This document shows positions 15,065 to 26,400 of a stretch of DNA of 64,000 nucleotides, piece by piece. The notes beneath the pieces were generated by a model. That model was given only the letters and a program-made list of their open reading frames with translations. It made no database searches and was not told where the DNA came from. Position 1 is the first letter of the stretch; each line of letters opens with the position of its first letter. The position numbers and the translations under genes are program-made. The DNA lies in assembly GCF_009914755.1 (NCBI RefSeq), contig NC_060929.1; one strand, given 5' to 3'. This DNA is from the human T2T-CHM13v2.0 reference genome, Homo sapiens.

Positions 15065-15350
15065 TTTATTATTAAGGTTATAGGCTAAAGTGATACAATA
15101 TAGAGACACAAATATAGTGGTTTAAATAAAAGAGAACTTTATTCCTCTTTCACAAAATAGACCATAGATAAACAGCCATGAATGAGTGAGCAGCTCTGCT
15201 ATTCTAAATATGTAGCTTCCATTTATGGATCCCAGGTAGCTACTGTAATAGGTAAACTCCCAGTCAATGAGGAAGAGGAAAAGAGCCAAAACTGAAACAA
15301 TTTTTGAGCAAAATCCAGAAATGGCACTTACCACTTTCATTCACATCGTA
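15065..15350 (-). mobile_element. Old MaLR LTR fragment (MLT1-like)
   Basis: AATATAGTGGTTTAAATAAAAGAGAACTTTATTCCTCTTTCAC and CCAGAAATGGCAC..CCACTTTCATTCACAT. Confidence 0.5.
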
Positions 15351-16104
15351 CTCATCATGAAACCTCTGAGGATTAGCAAAATTAAAGTATTATGACTTGT
15401 GCAATGCTTGATTGTACTTTGTCTTGATAGTGGGAGTCTATGACTCCCAAGTACAGCCATTGAGATCCTGACAGTCCATCCATCTGCCAGGTTATCCAGT
15501 ACCTTTAAGGGCCCATCCTGGACAGAGACCCTCATAAAGGCTCCAGGTAGAGCCATCCATTTAAGTCCACATTAGATCCAGAGAACATACATGAATGCTT
15601 TCTTTGATTACAGTAAAGGCAGCGCATCCTTCTTCTCTATTTGGCTGGCCTTGGCCAGCGTAGCAGCAACCTTCCAACCAGGTCTTATGCTCCTTAAATT
15701 CCAGAGAATGGATATTCCCAGTAGTCTCCTGAGGTGCTGTAGTTGACTTCCAATTTTCAAATCAGCTTAGGAGATCTAACTCTTTAATTAGAAATGGGGT
15801 TGTTACTTGAAATTTTTTACTTTAGTATTATAGATAAAACTGAAATAGAAATAATCTTATTTAGCATCCATTTGTGATAGTATATATTAAATAATTGAAT
15901 AAAATTTATGCTAGTTATGGAACTTGAGAGTGGCAAAGTGTGAGGAAGTTAAAGGACATTTGAAGTATGATATTTCTCCAGCTTTATATATTATAGATAA
16001 AATAGTAAAACAGTGCCTAAAGTCACTATGCTCACAATATAAGATTAAGTTATATTAGAAAACTTCAATGAGAGCACTAGGTAAATTTAAAATTGAATAC
16101 GACT

Positions 16105-16200
16105 TCAAAATAACTGCTTAGTATTAGGTCTTCTAGTTTATAGATGAAGAAATTAAGCTTAGAGAGAGTAATAATTTGTTCAAGGACATATAACAAGCAG
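16105..16200 (-). mobile_element. MIR SINE fragment
   Basis: TTTATAGATGAAGAAATTAAGCTTAGAGAG..TTGTTCAAGGACATA MIR core. Confidence 0.65.
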
Positions 16201-17594
16201 AAAATATTTAAACTCCCATATTCAAAGACAAGATTAAACAATTCCATTGTATGATTATGAGATAAGCAGTCATATTATCTTTAAATATAAATTACCACAA
16301 ACATTCAAAGAAAAACAAAACTTCACTGAATTTTAAATAAATAATTGTATAAATTAAAAAAATAAATTTAAAAGATACTAAGCAGTTTGTTTTAGTTGGA
16401 AATAAAAAATGATTCTCATTGAGACTTATCTTTCAGGCTGATAAGTCTCAATCAAAACAATTCCTTGTCTCAATCAAATAGAAAATAAAAAAATACATAC
16501 TGATAATATTTGAGTAGTAAAATGCATAAACATAGACGTTTATACTTATAACTTATTTGTATAGGTTTGTATGTATTTTATATAAAGATTCAATGTTGTA
16601 TGTGTTACCATTAAAATTTTATTTATGTTATGACCACAGCATAAAATAGACTTTTTAAATTATACAGAAGGTATAATTTCTGTAAGCCTCCTTCTTTGAC
16701 TGCAGTGAAATGATAATGTTGCTTATTAATAAGGAATAGAAAAAGCAAAGAAAAAACAAAACACTTTATTTTAAACAGTTCTAAATAACTAGTCAAAGAG
16801 GAAATAAAAGTTACAATTATAGACTCTAGAAAATAATGAATCTTGGAACTCTAAGAAAATTAAACCTGAATTAAGATTTGAACCTAATAATAATCATATG
16901 AGAAAACTTTAGTAAATAAAATTAACAAGGAATCAAAAAGAAACAGAGAAACAATAACAAAGAAGGCAAAGTGAAGAACAAATGAAAAACTCTTAAATAT
17001 TATTATGACTGTTGATTAACATTTCCTAGTGAAACTTAGCAAATAGCCATGTCATAAAAGAGTTATACTTATTGAAAAATGATAAAAATTATGAAAAGTT
17101 ATGGTTGACAAATGATGCAACATATTAGAAATAAAAAGGAGAGAACTATTCAACTACAAATAACAAAATAGTTCAATATACACAAAGACACAAAATCAAA
17201 CTGTAGCAACCAAAAAACCTATTTATTTAAAACAAAGGAATACTTAAATATGTCACACATTTCCTAAATACTTCATACATATTTTTTGAGAATGGAATAT
17301 TTTCAGATTACATTGTTTTAACTACTTATTTGGTGCTCTTGAAGAAACCTATATATGTATGTGTGTATATATATATATTCATAATAATTCATAAGAGCTC
17401 TATGGAATATACTTTAAAATTTTAGAAAGGTGATTAGAAGAATATATAAACATAATTGAAAGTCACATTATGCTCCTGCATTTTAAAAATAAAATTTAGA
17501 AAGATAGGTTACTTTAAATTAATTGACAGAATCATTTAAATTTATATTTTAGTTTTCCAAGTTACCAAGTACATCAAACTAAAACAAACAACAA

Positions 17595-18516
17595 GTTCTT
17601 TTTTTATTATTATTATACTTTAAGTTCTAGGGTACATGTGCACAACATGCAGGTTTGTTACATATGTATAGATGTGCCATGTTGGTGCGCTGCACCCATT
17701 AACTCGTCATTTACCTTAGGTATATCTCCTAATGCTATCCCTCCCCCCTCCCCCCACCCCACGACAGGCCCCAGTGTGTGGTGTTCCCCACCCTGTGTCC
17801 AAGTGTTCTCCTTGTTCAATTCCCACCTATAAGTGAGAACATGCGGTGTTTGGTTTTCTGTCCTTGTGATAGTTTGCTCAGAGTGATGGTTTCCAGCATC
17901 ATCCATGTCCCTACAAAGGACATGAACTCATTTTTGTATGGCTGCATAGTATTCCATGGTGTATATGTGCCACATTTTCTTAATCCAGTCTATCACTGAT
18001 GGACATTTGGGTTGGTTCCAAGTCTTTGCTATTGTGAATAGTGCCGCAATAAACATACATGTGCATGTGTCTTTATAGCAGCATGATTTATAAGCCTTTG
18101 GGTATATACCCAGTAATGCGATGGCTGGGTCAAATGGTATTTCTACTTCTATATTCTTAAGGAGTCACCACACTGTCTTCCACAATGGTTGAACTAGTTT
18201 ACAGTGTAAAAGTGTTCCTATTTCTCCACATCCTCTCCAGCACCTGTTGTTTCCTGACTTTTTAATGATCGCCATTCTAACTGGTGTGAGATGGTATCTC
18301 ATTGTGGTTTTGATTTGCATTTCTCTGATGGCCAGTGATGATGAGCATTTTTTCATGTGTCTGTTGGCTGCATAAATGTCTTCTTTTGAGAAGTGTCTGT
18401 TCATGTCCTTCGCCCACTTTTTGATGAGGTTGTTTGATTTTTCTTCTAAATTTGCTTAAGTTGTTTGTAGATTCTGGACATTAGCCCTTTGTCAGATGGG
18501 TTGATTGTAAAAATTT
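17595..18516 (-). mobile_element. L1PA (L1PA4-6-like) 3' end, 5'-truncated
   Basis: TTATTATACTTTAAGTTCTAGGGTACATGTGCACAAC 3'UTR; ORF 18165..18404 encodes L1 ORF2 C-terminal peptide [44 protein letters not shown]. Confidence 0.96.
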
Positions 18517-18740
18517 GATATGTGGGAGCTAAACAATGAGGATGCAAAGGCCTAAGAATGATACAATGTGCTTTGGGGACTTGAGGGGAAGAGTGGGAGG
18601 GGGGCGAAGTATAAAAGGCAACAAACATGGTGCAGTGGATACTGCTCGGGTGATGTGTGCACCAAGTTCTCACAAATCTCCACGTAAGAACTTACTTATG
18701 TAACCAAATACCACCTGTACCCCAGTAACTTAAGAAAAAA
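18517..18740 (+). mobile_element. L1PB1-like 3' terminal fragment
   Basis: GATATGTGGGAGCTAA..GAGGATGCAAAGGC..AGAATGATACAATG..TGTAACCAAATACCACCTGTACCCC. Confidence 0.85.
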
Positions 18741-19055
18741 ATTTCTATAAACGTTTTGAAGAAGTTTAAGGAATGATTATCCTGTAGGATACTGGATATT
18801 CCTATGCGGAGCTACAAATTTAAATTGAAAAATACTAAGGCGATAACAGGTTCAACATCATAAAAATAAATTAAAGTATATGTAATAACATGGAATACAA
18901 TGAATGTGTCATCAAAATTTTTGCTGGGGAGAATTTAGAATTATACAAAAGTTGATGGGGCACAGTTAATTATTTAGGAAAAAAAATGAAGTAACTTTCT
19001 TACTTTCTATATAAATTATAGGTAAATTACAAATTAAATGAATAAAAGAAAGTGA

Positions 19056-19375
19056 AGCCAGGAGCAGTGGCTTACTCCTCCCAGCACTTTGGGAGGCCAA
19101 CATGGGAGGCCAACAAGATGACTTGAGGTTAGGAGTTCGAGACCAGCCTGGCCAACATAATGAAACCCCCTCTCTACTAAAAATACAAAAATTAGGTGTG
19201 GTGGCCTAAGCCAGTTACTCCAGAAGCTGAAGCAGGATAATCACTTGAATCCAGGAGGCAGAGGCTGCAGTGAGTCCAGATCACTCCACTGCACTCCAGC
19301 ATTGGCAACAGAGTGAGAATCCATCTAAAATAATAATAATAATAACAGTAATAATAATAAATAAACATAAAAAAA
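19056..19375 (+). mobile_element. Alu (AluS-like, diverged) with internal 13-bp duplication TGGGAGGCCAACA x2
   Basis: dimeric Alu structure and (AAT)n tail. Confidence 0.93.
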
Positions 19376-20129
19376 GAAGAAATTGTAAAAAAGCAGGTAC
19401 ATATTGATGAAAATCTGCCATATCTGTTCATAGAATTTCAGTGTATCAATGAAACAAATTCCAATGGAAAAATCAACAGAAGTTTAAAACTAATCCTAAT
19501 ATGAATCCAAAAACAACATCAAAAAACAAAAAATAAGTTACAAAGAAAAAAAACATATTAGCCCAAATCTACAAAGAAGTCATACATGAATAAAGTTGAA
19601 TAATAGCTTAATGGATGTCTAATTTTACAATTAACATTTGCAAATTAAAACACCAAAGATGTAACTGCTGTCTATTCATGAAGACACATTTTGTAAAAAA
19701 GGCATCAATTTTGATATTCGGGTGAAGGGGAAAATTACCATAACTTTTCTTAGATGACACTTTATATATTGATCTCGGTAGAATTAAAAATGTTCATCCC
19801 ATTTCAATTCAAATTTCTATTTTTTTTGGAATGTATGTACAGAAAAATCAGTAACGATAAAAATAATTGTGGGTATAAAGTACTGAAAGAAATCATCATA
19901 ATATTATAAAGTCCATAAACTAAATACCAAATAAATCATGCAGGCTAAATATTTAATGCCAAAATATAGTCATGATAAAAGTTTTAATAAAATATCATCA
20001 AATTTTGTTAAAATATATTCTAAAGAATTTATTTTCGCTATTGCTACTGCTGTTCATACACACACAAATAATTTGGATAAACACACAGAAAATAAGCTGA
20101 CTATGAATACTCTTTTCCAAATGTCAGCG

Positions 20130-20310
20130 CTGCATACTTTCAATTATCTGAAGTGGATTTACTCTGTTTATTACACTACTACATGTCTTCTAACAAAAAA
20201 ATACAATGTATTTACTTATCATGTATATAGTTCTTGTTTGCTCTGTCTTGTTAAATGCAAATTCCACGAGAGCAGAAATCGCTCTCTTTTATTCACAGCT
20301 GTAGCCAATA
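20130..20310 (+). mobile_element. L2 3' fragment
   Basis: AATGCAAATTCCACGAGAGCAGAAA..TTATTCACAGCTGTA. Confidence 0.55.
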
Positions 20311-20474
20311 AAGCCAACCATAGTGCAGGTCAACCAGTTGAGAGGAAAAGACAACATTTTACTACTGGGTCTTCATTGGCATGGCATAGAGATTTTCTTT
20401 CTTTTCTTTTTTTTTTCTTATATTCCACTCACTTTTAATAATTAAAATAAATAATTTCTATTTTTGTCAATAGC

Positions 20475-23085
20475 TTCAGCTTTTATTTTTGATTCAGGGG
20501 TATATGTGCAGGATTATTATATGGGTAAATTGTATGACACTGAGGTTTGGGGTACCAATAATCCTGTTACCTAGGTAGTGAGCATAGGACCCAATAGGTA
20601 ATTTTTCAGCCCTTGTTCCCATCCCCCTCTCTCCCTTCTAGTGTCCCAGTGACTACTGTTCCCTTCTTTGGGTCCATGTGTACCCACTGTTTAGCTTCCA
20701 TTTATCAGTGAGAACATGTGGTATTTGACTTTCTGTTCCTGTGTTAATTCACTTAGGATAATGGTCTCCAGCTGCATCCATGTTGCTGCAAAGGACATAA
20801 TTTTATTTTTTATGGCTGTGTAATATTCTCTGGTGTATATGTACCACATTTGCTTTATCCAATCCACTGTTGATGGGCACCTATGTTGATTCCATGTATT
20901 TGCTATTGTGAATAGTGCTGCAATAAACATATGTGTGCATGTGTCTTTACGGTAGAACAATTTATTTTTCTTTGGGTATGTACTCAGGAAACAGATTGCT
21001 GGGTCAAATGACATTTCTGTTTTAAATATCTGAGAAATTTCCAGACTGTTTTGCACAGTGGTTGAAATAATTTACATTCTCACCAACCATATATAAGTAT
21101 TCCCCTTTCTCCACAGCTTTGGTAGCATTTGTTTGCTTATTTGTTGTTGCCTTTTAATAAAAGCCATTTTGACTAGAGTGAGGTGGTATTTCATTGTGGT
21201 TGTGATTTGCCTTGCTCTGATGATCAGGGGTATTAAGCATTTCTTCATATGTTTGTTGTACTCTTATATGTTTTCTTTTAACAGGTGTTGTTTCATGTCC
21301 TTTGCCAACTTTTTAGTGGGGTTGTTTTTTACTTGTTAAATTCCTTATATATTCTGAATATTAAACCTTTGTTGCATGCACACGTTGCAAATATTTTTCC
21401 CCTTCAGGGGTTGTCTGTTTAATCTGTTGATAGTTTATTTTATTGTGCAAAACATCTTTAGTTTAATTAGGTCCCACTTGTCAATTTTTTTTCATTGCAA
21501 TTGCTTTTGAAGTCTTAGTCATGAATTAATTGCCAAGGCTGATGTCCAGAATAGTATTTACCAGGATTCTTCTACAATTTTTATAGTTTGAGGTTTTACA
21601 TATAAATTCTTAATCCATCTTAAGTTAATTTTTGTATATAGTGAAATGTGGGGGTCCAGTTTCATTCACTGGCATATGGTTAGCCAGTTCTCACAGCACC
21701 AGGTATTGAATAGAAAGTACTTTTTCCATTGCTTATTTTTGTCAACTTTGTTGAAGATTAGATGGTTGTAGGTGTGCAACTTTATTTCAAGGTTTTCTGT
21801 TCCAATGGTCTATGTGTCTGTTTTTGTGGCAGTACCAGGCTGTTTTGGTTACTGTAGCTTTAAAGCATAGTTTGAAGGCAGGTAATTTGATGCCCCTGGC
21901 TTTGTTCTCTTTTGCTGAGGATTGCTTTGGATATTTGGGCTCTTTTTTAGTTCCATATAAATTTTAGAATAGTTTTTCCAATTTTGTGCAAAATTACTTT
22001 GGTAGTTTTATAGGAGTGGGATTGAATCTATAGGTTTTTCTAAGCAGTATGGCCATTCATACTGATTCTCCCATTCATGAGCATGGGATGTTTCTCCATT
22101 TGTTTGTGTCATTTACGATTTCTTACAGCAGTATTTTGTAGTTCATTCTGTAGAGATCTTTCACCTCCTTGGTTAGATATATTCTTAGGTATTCTATTTT
22201 TTGTGTGTGGCTATGTAAATGGGATTGCATTCTTGATTTGTCTCTCAGTTTGAACTTTATTGGTATATAGAAATGCTACTGATGTTTGTATATGTATTTT
22301 GTAACCTGAAAATTTACTGAAGCCATTTATCAGGTCTTGGAGACCTTTGTCAAAGTCTTGAGGATTTTCTTAGTGTAGGATCATATCACTATTGAAGAAA
22401 AATAGTATGACTTCTTTTCTTATTTGGATGCCTTTAATCTTGCTCAATTGCTCTGGCTAGAACTTCTAGTACCATGCTGAAGACAAGCAGTGAGAGTGGG
22501 CATAATCAGTCTTGTTCCTGTCCTTAGGTGAATGCTTCCAGCTTTTGCCCATTCAGTATGGTGTTAGCTGTGGGTTTGTCGAAGTAGATCTTATTATTTT
22601 GAAGTATGTTCCTTCAATGCCTAGTTTGTTGAAGGTTTTTATCATGAAGAGATGTTGGATTTTAAGAACTCTTTCTCTACAGCTATTGAGATTATCAGGT
22701 GGTTTTTGTTTTTAATTCTGTTTATGTGATGAATCACATTTATTGATTTACATATGTTGAACCAACCTTGCATCCCAGGAATAAAGCCTACTTGATTATG
22801 ATGAATTACTGGAATTGTTTTGCTAGTATTTTGATGAGGATTTTTGCATCTGTGTTCATTATGGATATTGGCCTGTAGTTTCCTTTTGCGTGTGTGTCTT
22901 TGCCATTTTTGGTATCACTGTGATGCTGGCTTTGGAGAATGAATTACAGAGGAATCCCTCCTCCTTAATTTTTTCTAATACTTCTCATAGAATTGGTACT
23001 AGACTTTCTCTGTATGTCTTGTGAAATTTGGCTGTGAATTTATCTTACCCAAAGCTTTTTCTTGGTTGGCAGGTTTTTGTTTTTG
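20475..23085 (-). mobile_element. L1PA15/16-like LINE, 3' ~2.6 kb
   Basis: TTTTGATTCAGGGGTATATGTGCAGG..CTGAGGTTTGGGGT..GGTAGTGAGCATAG 3' end; ORF 20691..21056 translates to L1 ORF2 C-terminal-like peptide (HMFIAALFTIA..WNQ..CPS..DWIK). Confidence 0.93.
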
Positions 23086-23461
23086 CTTTCAGTGCTGAAA
23101 GAAATTCCGTTTTTAATAAAAATATGTTTTTCAAAGAAGGAAAAAGTATCAATAATGATTAAAATCAACTGATAAAATAATCTTGCACATTCTTTTGGCA
23201 TTCTTAAACAAAGATAAAAATATAAAGGAAGTACATGGCAGTCAGTTTAAGATAAAGGGAATAAGAGTTATTCTGATAAAGAAAAGCCTTAATGCCCTAC
23301 AGTAAAGCACGGGTCTAGAGGTATTTTCTGGAACCAATTAGTATAATGAATATACTCATTATACCAGTTAGTATAATTATACCATTTTAACTGGCATAAT
23401 GTATACCATATACATTATACCATCATACTAACTGGTATAATGAATATATACTAACTGCACT

Positions 23462-24060
23462 TGTGATGGCTTCTTGATGTGTCACCTTGGCTAAGTTCAA
23501 CTACAATGCCCAGAATTCCCTTCCTTGTGTTATTTCAGTTAGAGTGAGCTAGAAGATATATTCTTTATTAAAATTTGGAGGATATAAGGAAGCAGCAGCC
23601 ATTTGGTAACATACACATACCTTTCCCCAATTATTTAATCAAATACAAATCAAGATGCTGCTGTGAAAGGATTTTGCAGAAGTAATGAAAGCCTCTGATC
23701 AATGGGCCTTAAGTTAATCAAAAGGTAGATTTTCATGGTGGTGTGAAAATCTGTCACAAGCACTTTTAAAAAGAGTTTAACTCTTCCCTGAGCTCAGAGA
23801 TTGGCAACTTGCAGTTCGGTTTGCAATCGTTCTTCATCTCCGCTGAATCTTCCTTCTTGACTGTCTGTTCATGCTCATGTGGTCCTAACCTGCTCCTGAT
23901 CTTCTCTTCCTGACTGCTTGCCTGTGAATTCTAAGCATCAGCTCACTTGTGCTTTTGGGGCTCTAGCCATCATCTGTTGATCATTGCCTGCCCCATGGAC
24001 TTCAAACTTGTTGAGCCAGGTACCTGACTTAATCGTGTAAGCCAATCCATTACAATAAAT
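23462..24060 (+). mobile_element. MLT2 (ERVL) LTR, E/F-like, 3' tip missing
   Basis: TGTGATGG..TGTGTCACCTTGGCTA..GCTGCTGTGAAAGGATTTTGCAGA..GTAAGCCAATCC..CAATAAATC followed by the usual microsatellite position. Confidence 0.78.
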
Positions 24061-24061
24061 C

Positions 24062-24123
24062 AGATAGATAGACAGATAGATAGGTAGATAGATGATAGAG
24101 ATAGACAGATGACAGATAAATAG

Positions 24124-24154
<31 letters not shown>

Positions 24155-24173
24155 GATAGATAGATAGATAGAT
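24062..24173. repeat. (GATA)n compound microsatellite
   Basis: direct reading. Confidence 0.97.
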
Positions 24174-24179
24174 GGGATT

Positions 24180-24651
24180 GTCAGGCTGCAAACTTTCCAA
24201 ACTTTTATGCTCTGCTTCTCTCATAAAACTGAATGCCTTTAACAGTACCCAAATCACCTCTTGAATGCTTTGCTGCTTAGAAATTTATTCCACCAGGCAC
24301 ACTAAACCATCTCCCTCAAGGTCAACATTCCACAGATCTCTAGGGCAGGGGCAAAATGCCACCAGTCTCTTTGCTGAAACATAATAAGTCACCTTTGCTC
24401 CAGTTCCCAACAAGTTCCTCATTTCCATCTGAGACCACCTTAACCTGGATTTTATTGTCCATATCACTATCAGCATTTTCGGCAAACCCAATCAACAAGT
24501 CTTGAGGAAGTTCCAAACTTTCCCACATTTTCCTGTTTTCTTCTGAGCCCTTCAAACTGTTCCAGCCTCCATCTGTTACCCAGTTCCAAAGCTGCTTCTG
24601 CATTTTTGGGTATCTTTTCAGCAGTGCCCCACTCTCCTGGTACCAATTTAA
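24180..24651 (-). mobile_element. THE1 MaLR internal sequence, 5' part
   Basis: TCAGGCTGCAAACTTTCCAAACTTTTATGCTCTGCTTC..GGAAGTTCCAAACTTTCCCACATTTTCCTG..CTGGTACCAATTTA abutting the LTR. Confidence 0.92.
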
Positions 24652-25009
24652 TATATTAGTCTGTTTTCACACTGCTGATAAAGACATACCCAAGACTGAG
24701 CAATTTACAAAAGAAAGAGATTTAATGGACTCACAGTTCCACTTGGCTGGGGAGGCCTCATAATCATGTTGAAAGGCGAAAGGCACATCTCACATGGCGG
24801 CAGATAAGAGAAGAGAATGAGAACCAAGCAAAAGGGATTTCTCCTTATGAAACCATCTGATCTCATGATTCACTACCACGAGAACAATATGGGGGAAACT
24901 GTCCCTATGATTCAATTATCTCTCACTGGGTCCCTCCCACAATATGAGGGAATTATGGGAGCTACAATTCAAGATGAGATTTAGGTGGGGACACAGCCAA
25001 ACTATATCA
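24652..25009 (-). mobile_element. THE1 LTR (5' LTR of a truncated element)
   Basis: ATTAGTCTGTTTTCACACTGCTGATAAAGACATACCC..GGTGGGGACACAGCCAAACTATATCA. Confidence 0.95.
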
Positions 25010-25949
25010 AATTTAAAATGGCAGAGCTAAATCAATCTACTGTTATTGATACCTACATGCAATTATATCAAGTTTTGAAGTATCTTTCCCCTTTCTTTCA
25101 CACAATTAAGTCAATAAAATTTGCATGTGGATTTTGAGGAACAAAGCATTTGGTTCCTTTGACATTTGGAAATATTATAATTTTTATAAAAATTACAATT
25201 TTTACAGGAGAGGATGTAGTTCCTCATCTGTGGTTACCATTTTACATTAATGGTAGCAACAACAACAAAAAAGATTAATTATGTGCTTTACTTACTTATG
25301 TGAATTGATACAAAAGGTGTAAACTGTCACATGTCATCTTTCCAGGCTAGAAAAACCTATTCCTCTTCCCACCTAGAGAATGTAATGCTAAAATTAATAC
25401 AACCTCAAGGAGGAACAGGTGGTTGAAACAAATGTCAATGTGCTGTGTTAAAAAGGGAGTAATTGTTCAATTTACATATCACAGTACAAGTGACGAACTT
25501 ATTATTAAATTATTTTTTTCCTAAAACCCAAAGGATGATTATAATATAAATATCAAAATGGCATTGAAGAGTGAACTAAACTAAATCTGAAGAGATGAAT
25601 TTATCCCCGTTTTTCATGATATAGCAATATTTAAAGCAACAGAACAGAAAGGGAGTTGTTGTCAAAGTTCTACACTAGGGCTTTCTGAGTTATTAGCGAT
25701 TATTCCCACTGAGAGTGGGGCAAAACATGTTAAGATAACCTATATGATCAAGATCCAGAGAGCTGATGCTGAGATGGAGTTAGTAGCCAGAGAAAAAGTG
25801 TAGAAGTCATAACAGTAAAACAGATAATTTTGTGGGATAAAGGAATGTACAATTAGAGAGCCAATATAAAGCAGTTATGAGTAGTTTTGTGTTTTTGCAT
25901 GCTCACTAGTAAGAATATAAATTAGCCATGCTATCTTTGGAGAATAAAC

Positions 25950-26400
25950 CTGAAAAACCTGACATATATATTCACATGCTGGCACAAATATATATACAAA
26001 GTGTATTCATTTTATGATTAGTTGTAAAAGCAAATAAACAAGAAATTATCAAAGCTATCCATCTACTCACCCATATGGTACTGGTTGAAAAAGTTATGAT
26101 ATATCCATATATGATATAACAGAGAATATGCCATCATTAAAATGTGAAACTGCTCTATTTGTACTGTTATGGGATTAATTTCAAATTACATTGTTAAATG
26201 AAGAATAAAAGTATGATAATGCAATAAAAGAATCAAAATGGGTGCTATTATTTATATAACAAGATTATATTTGCATATGCACTGAAGATCTTTTGGAGGA
26301 TGCATTAAAATGATACAAGTGGTTATGGTGGAAGGGAACTGAGGAACAGGAAACAGAATGAAGGGGAGACTTTTTACCAGATTCCACTTATCATAGAATT
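25950..26400 (+). mobile_element. L1ME 3'UTR fragment
   Basis: AAGTTATGATATATCCATA..ATGCCATCATTAAAA..TACATTGTTAAATGAA. Confidence 0.55.

Larger units (their letters stand above)
16500..19930 (+). mobile_element. Very old L1M/L1ME fragments (host of the L1PA, L1PB and Alu inserts)
   Basis: A-rich decayed ORF2/3'UTR-like pieces such as GTCAAAGAGGAAATAAAAG and TTAAAAATGTTCATCCC. Confidence 0.4.

Noticed and set aside
17638-18404. ORFs in the L1PA
   Set aside because: L1 3'UTR and ORF2 C-terminal fragments of a 5'-truncated element
19938-20438. Longest ORF in the window (166 aa)
   Set aside because: Runs through AT-rich and L2-derived sequence, has no recognisable domain, and its composition is typical of chance ORFs
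24060-24603. YLSI-repeat ORF and MaLR-like ORFs
   Set aside because: Translations of (GATA)n and of decayed THE1 internal sequence
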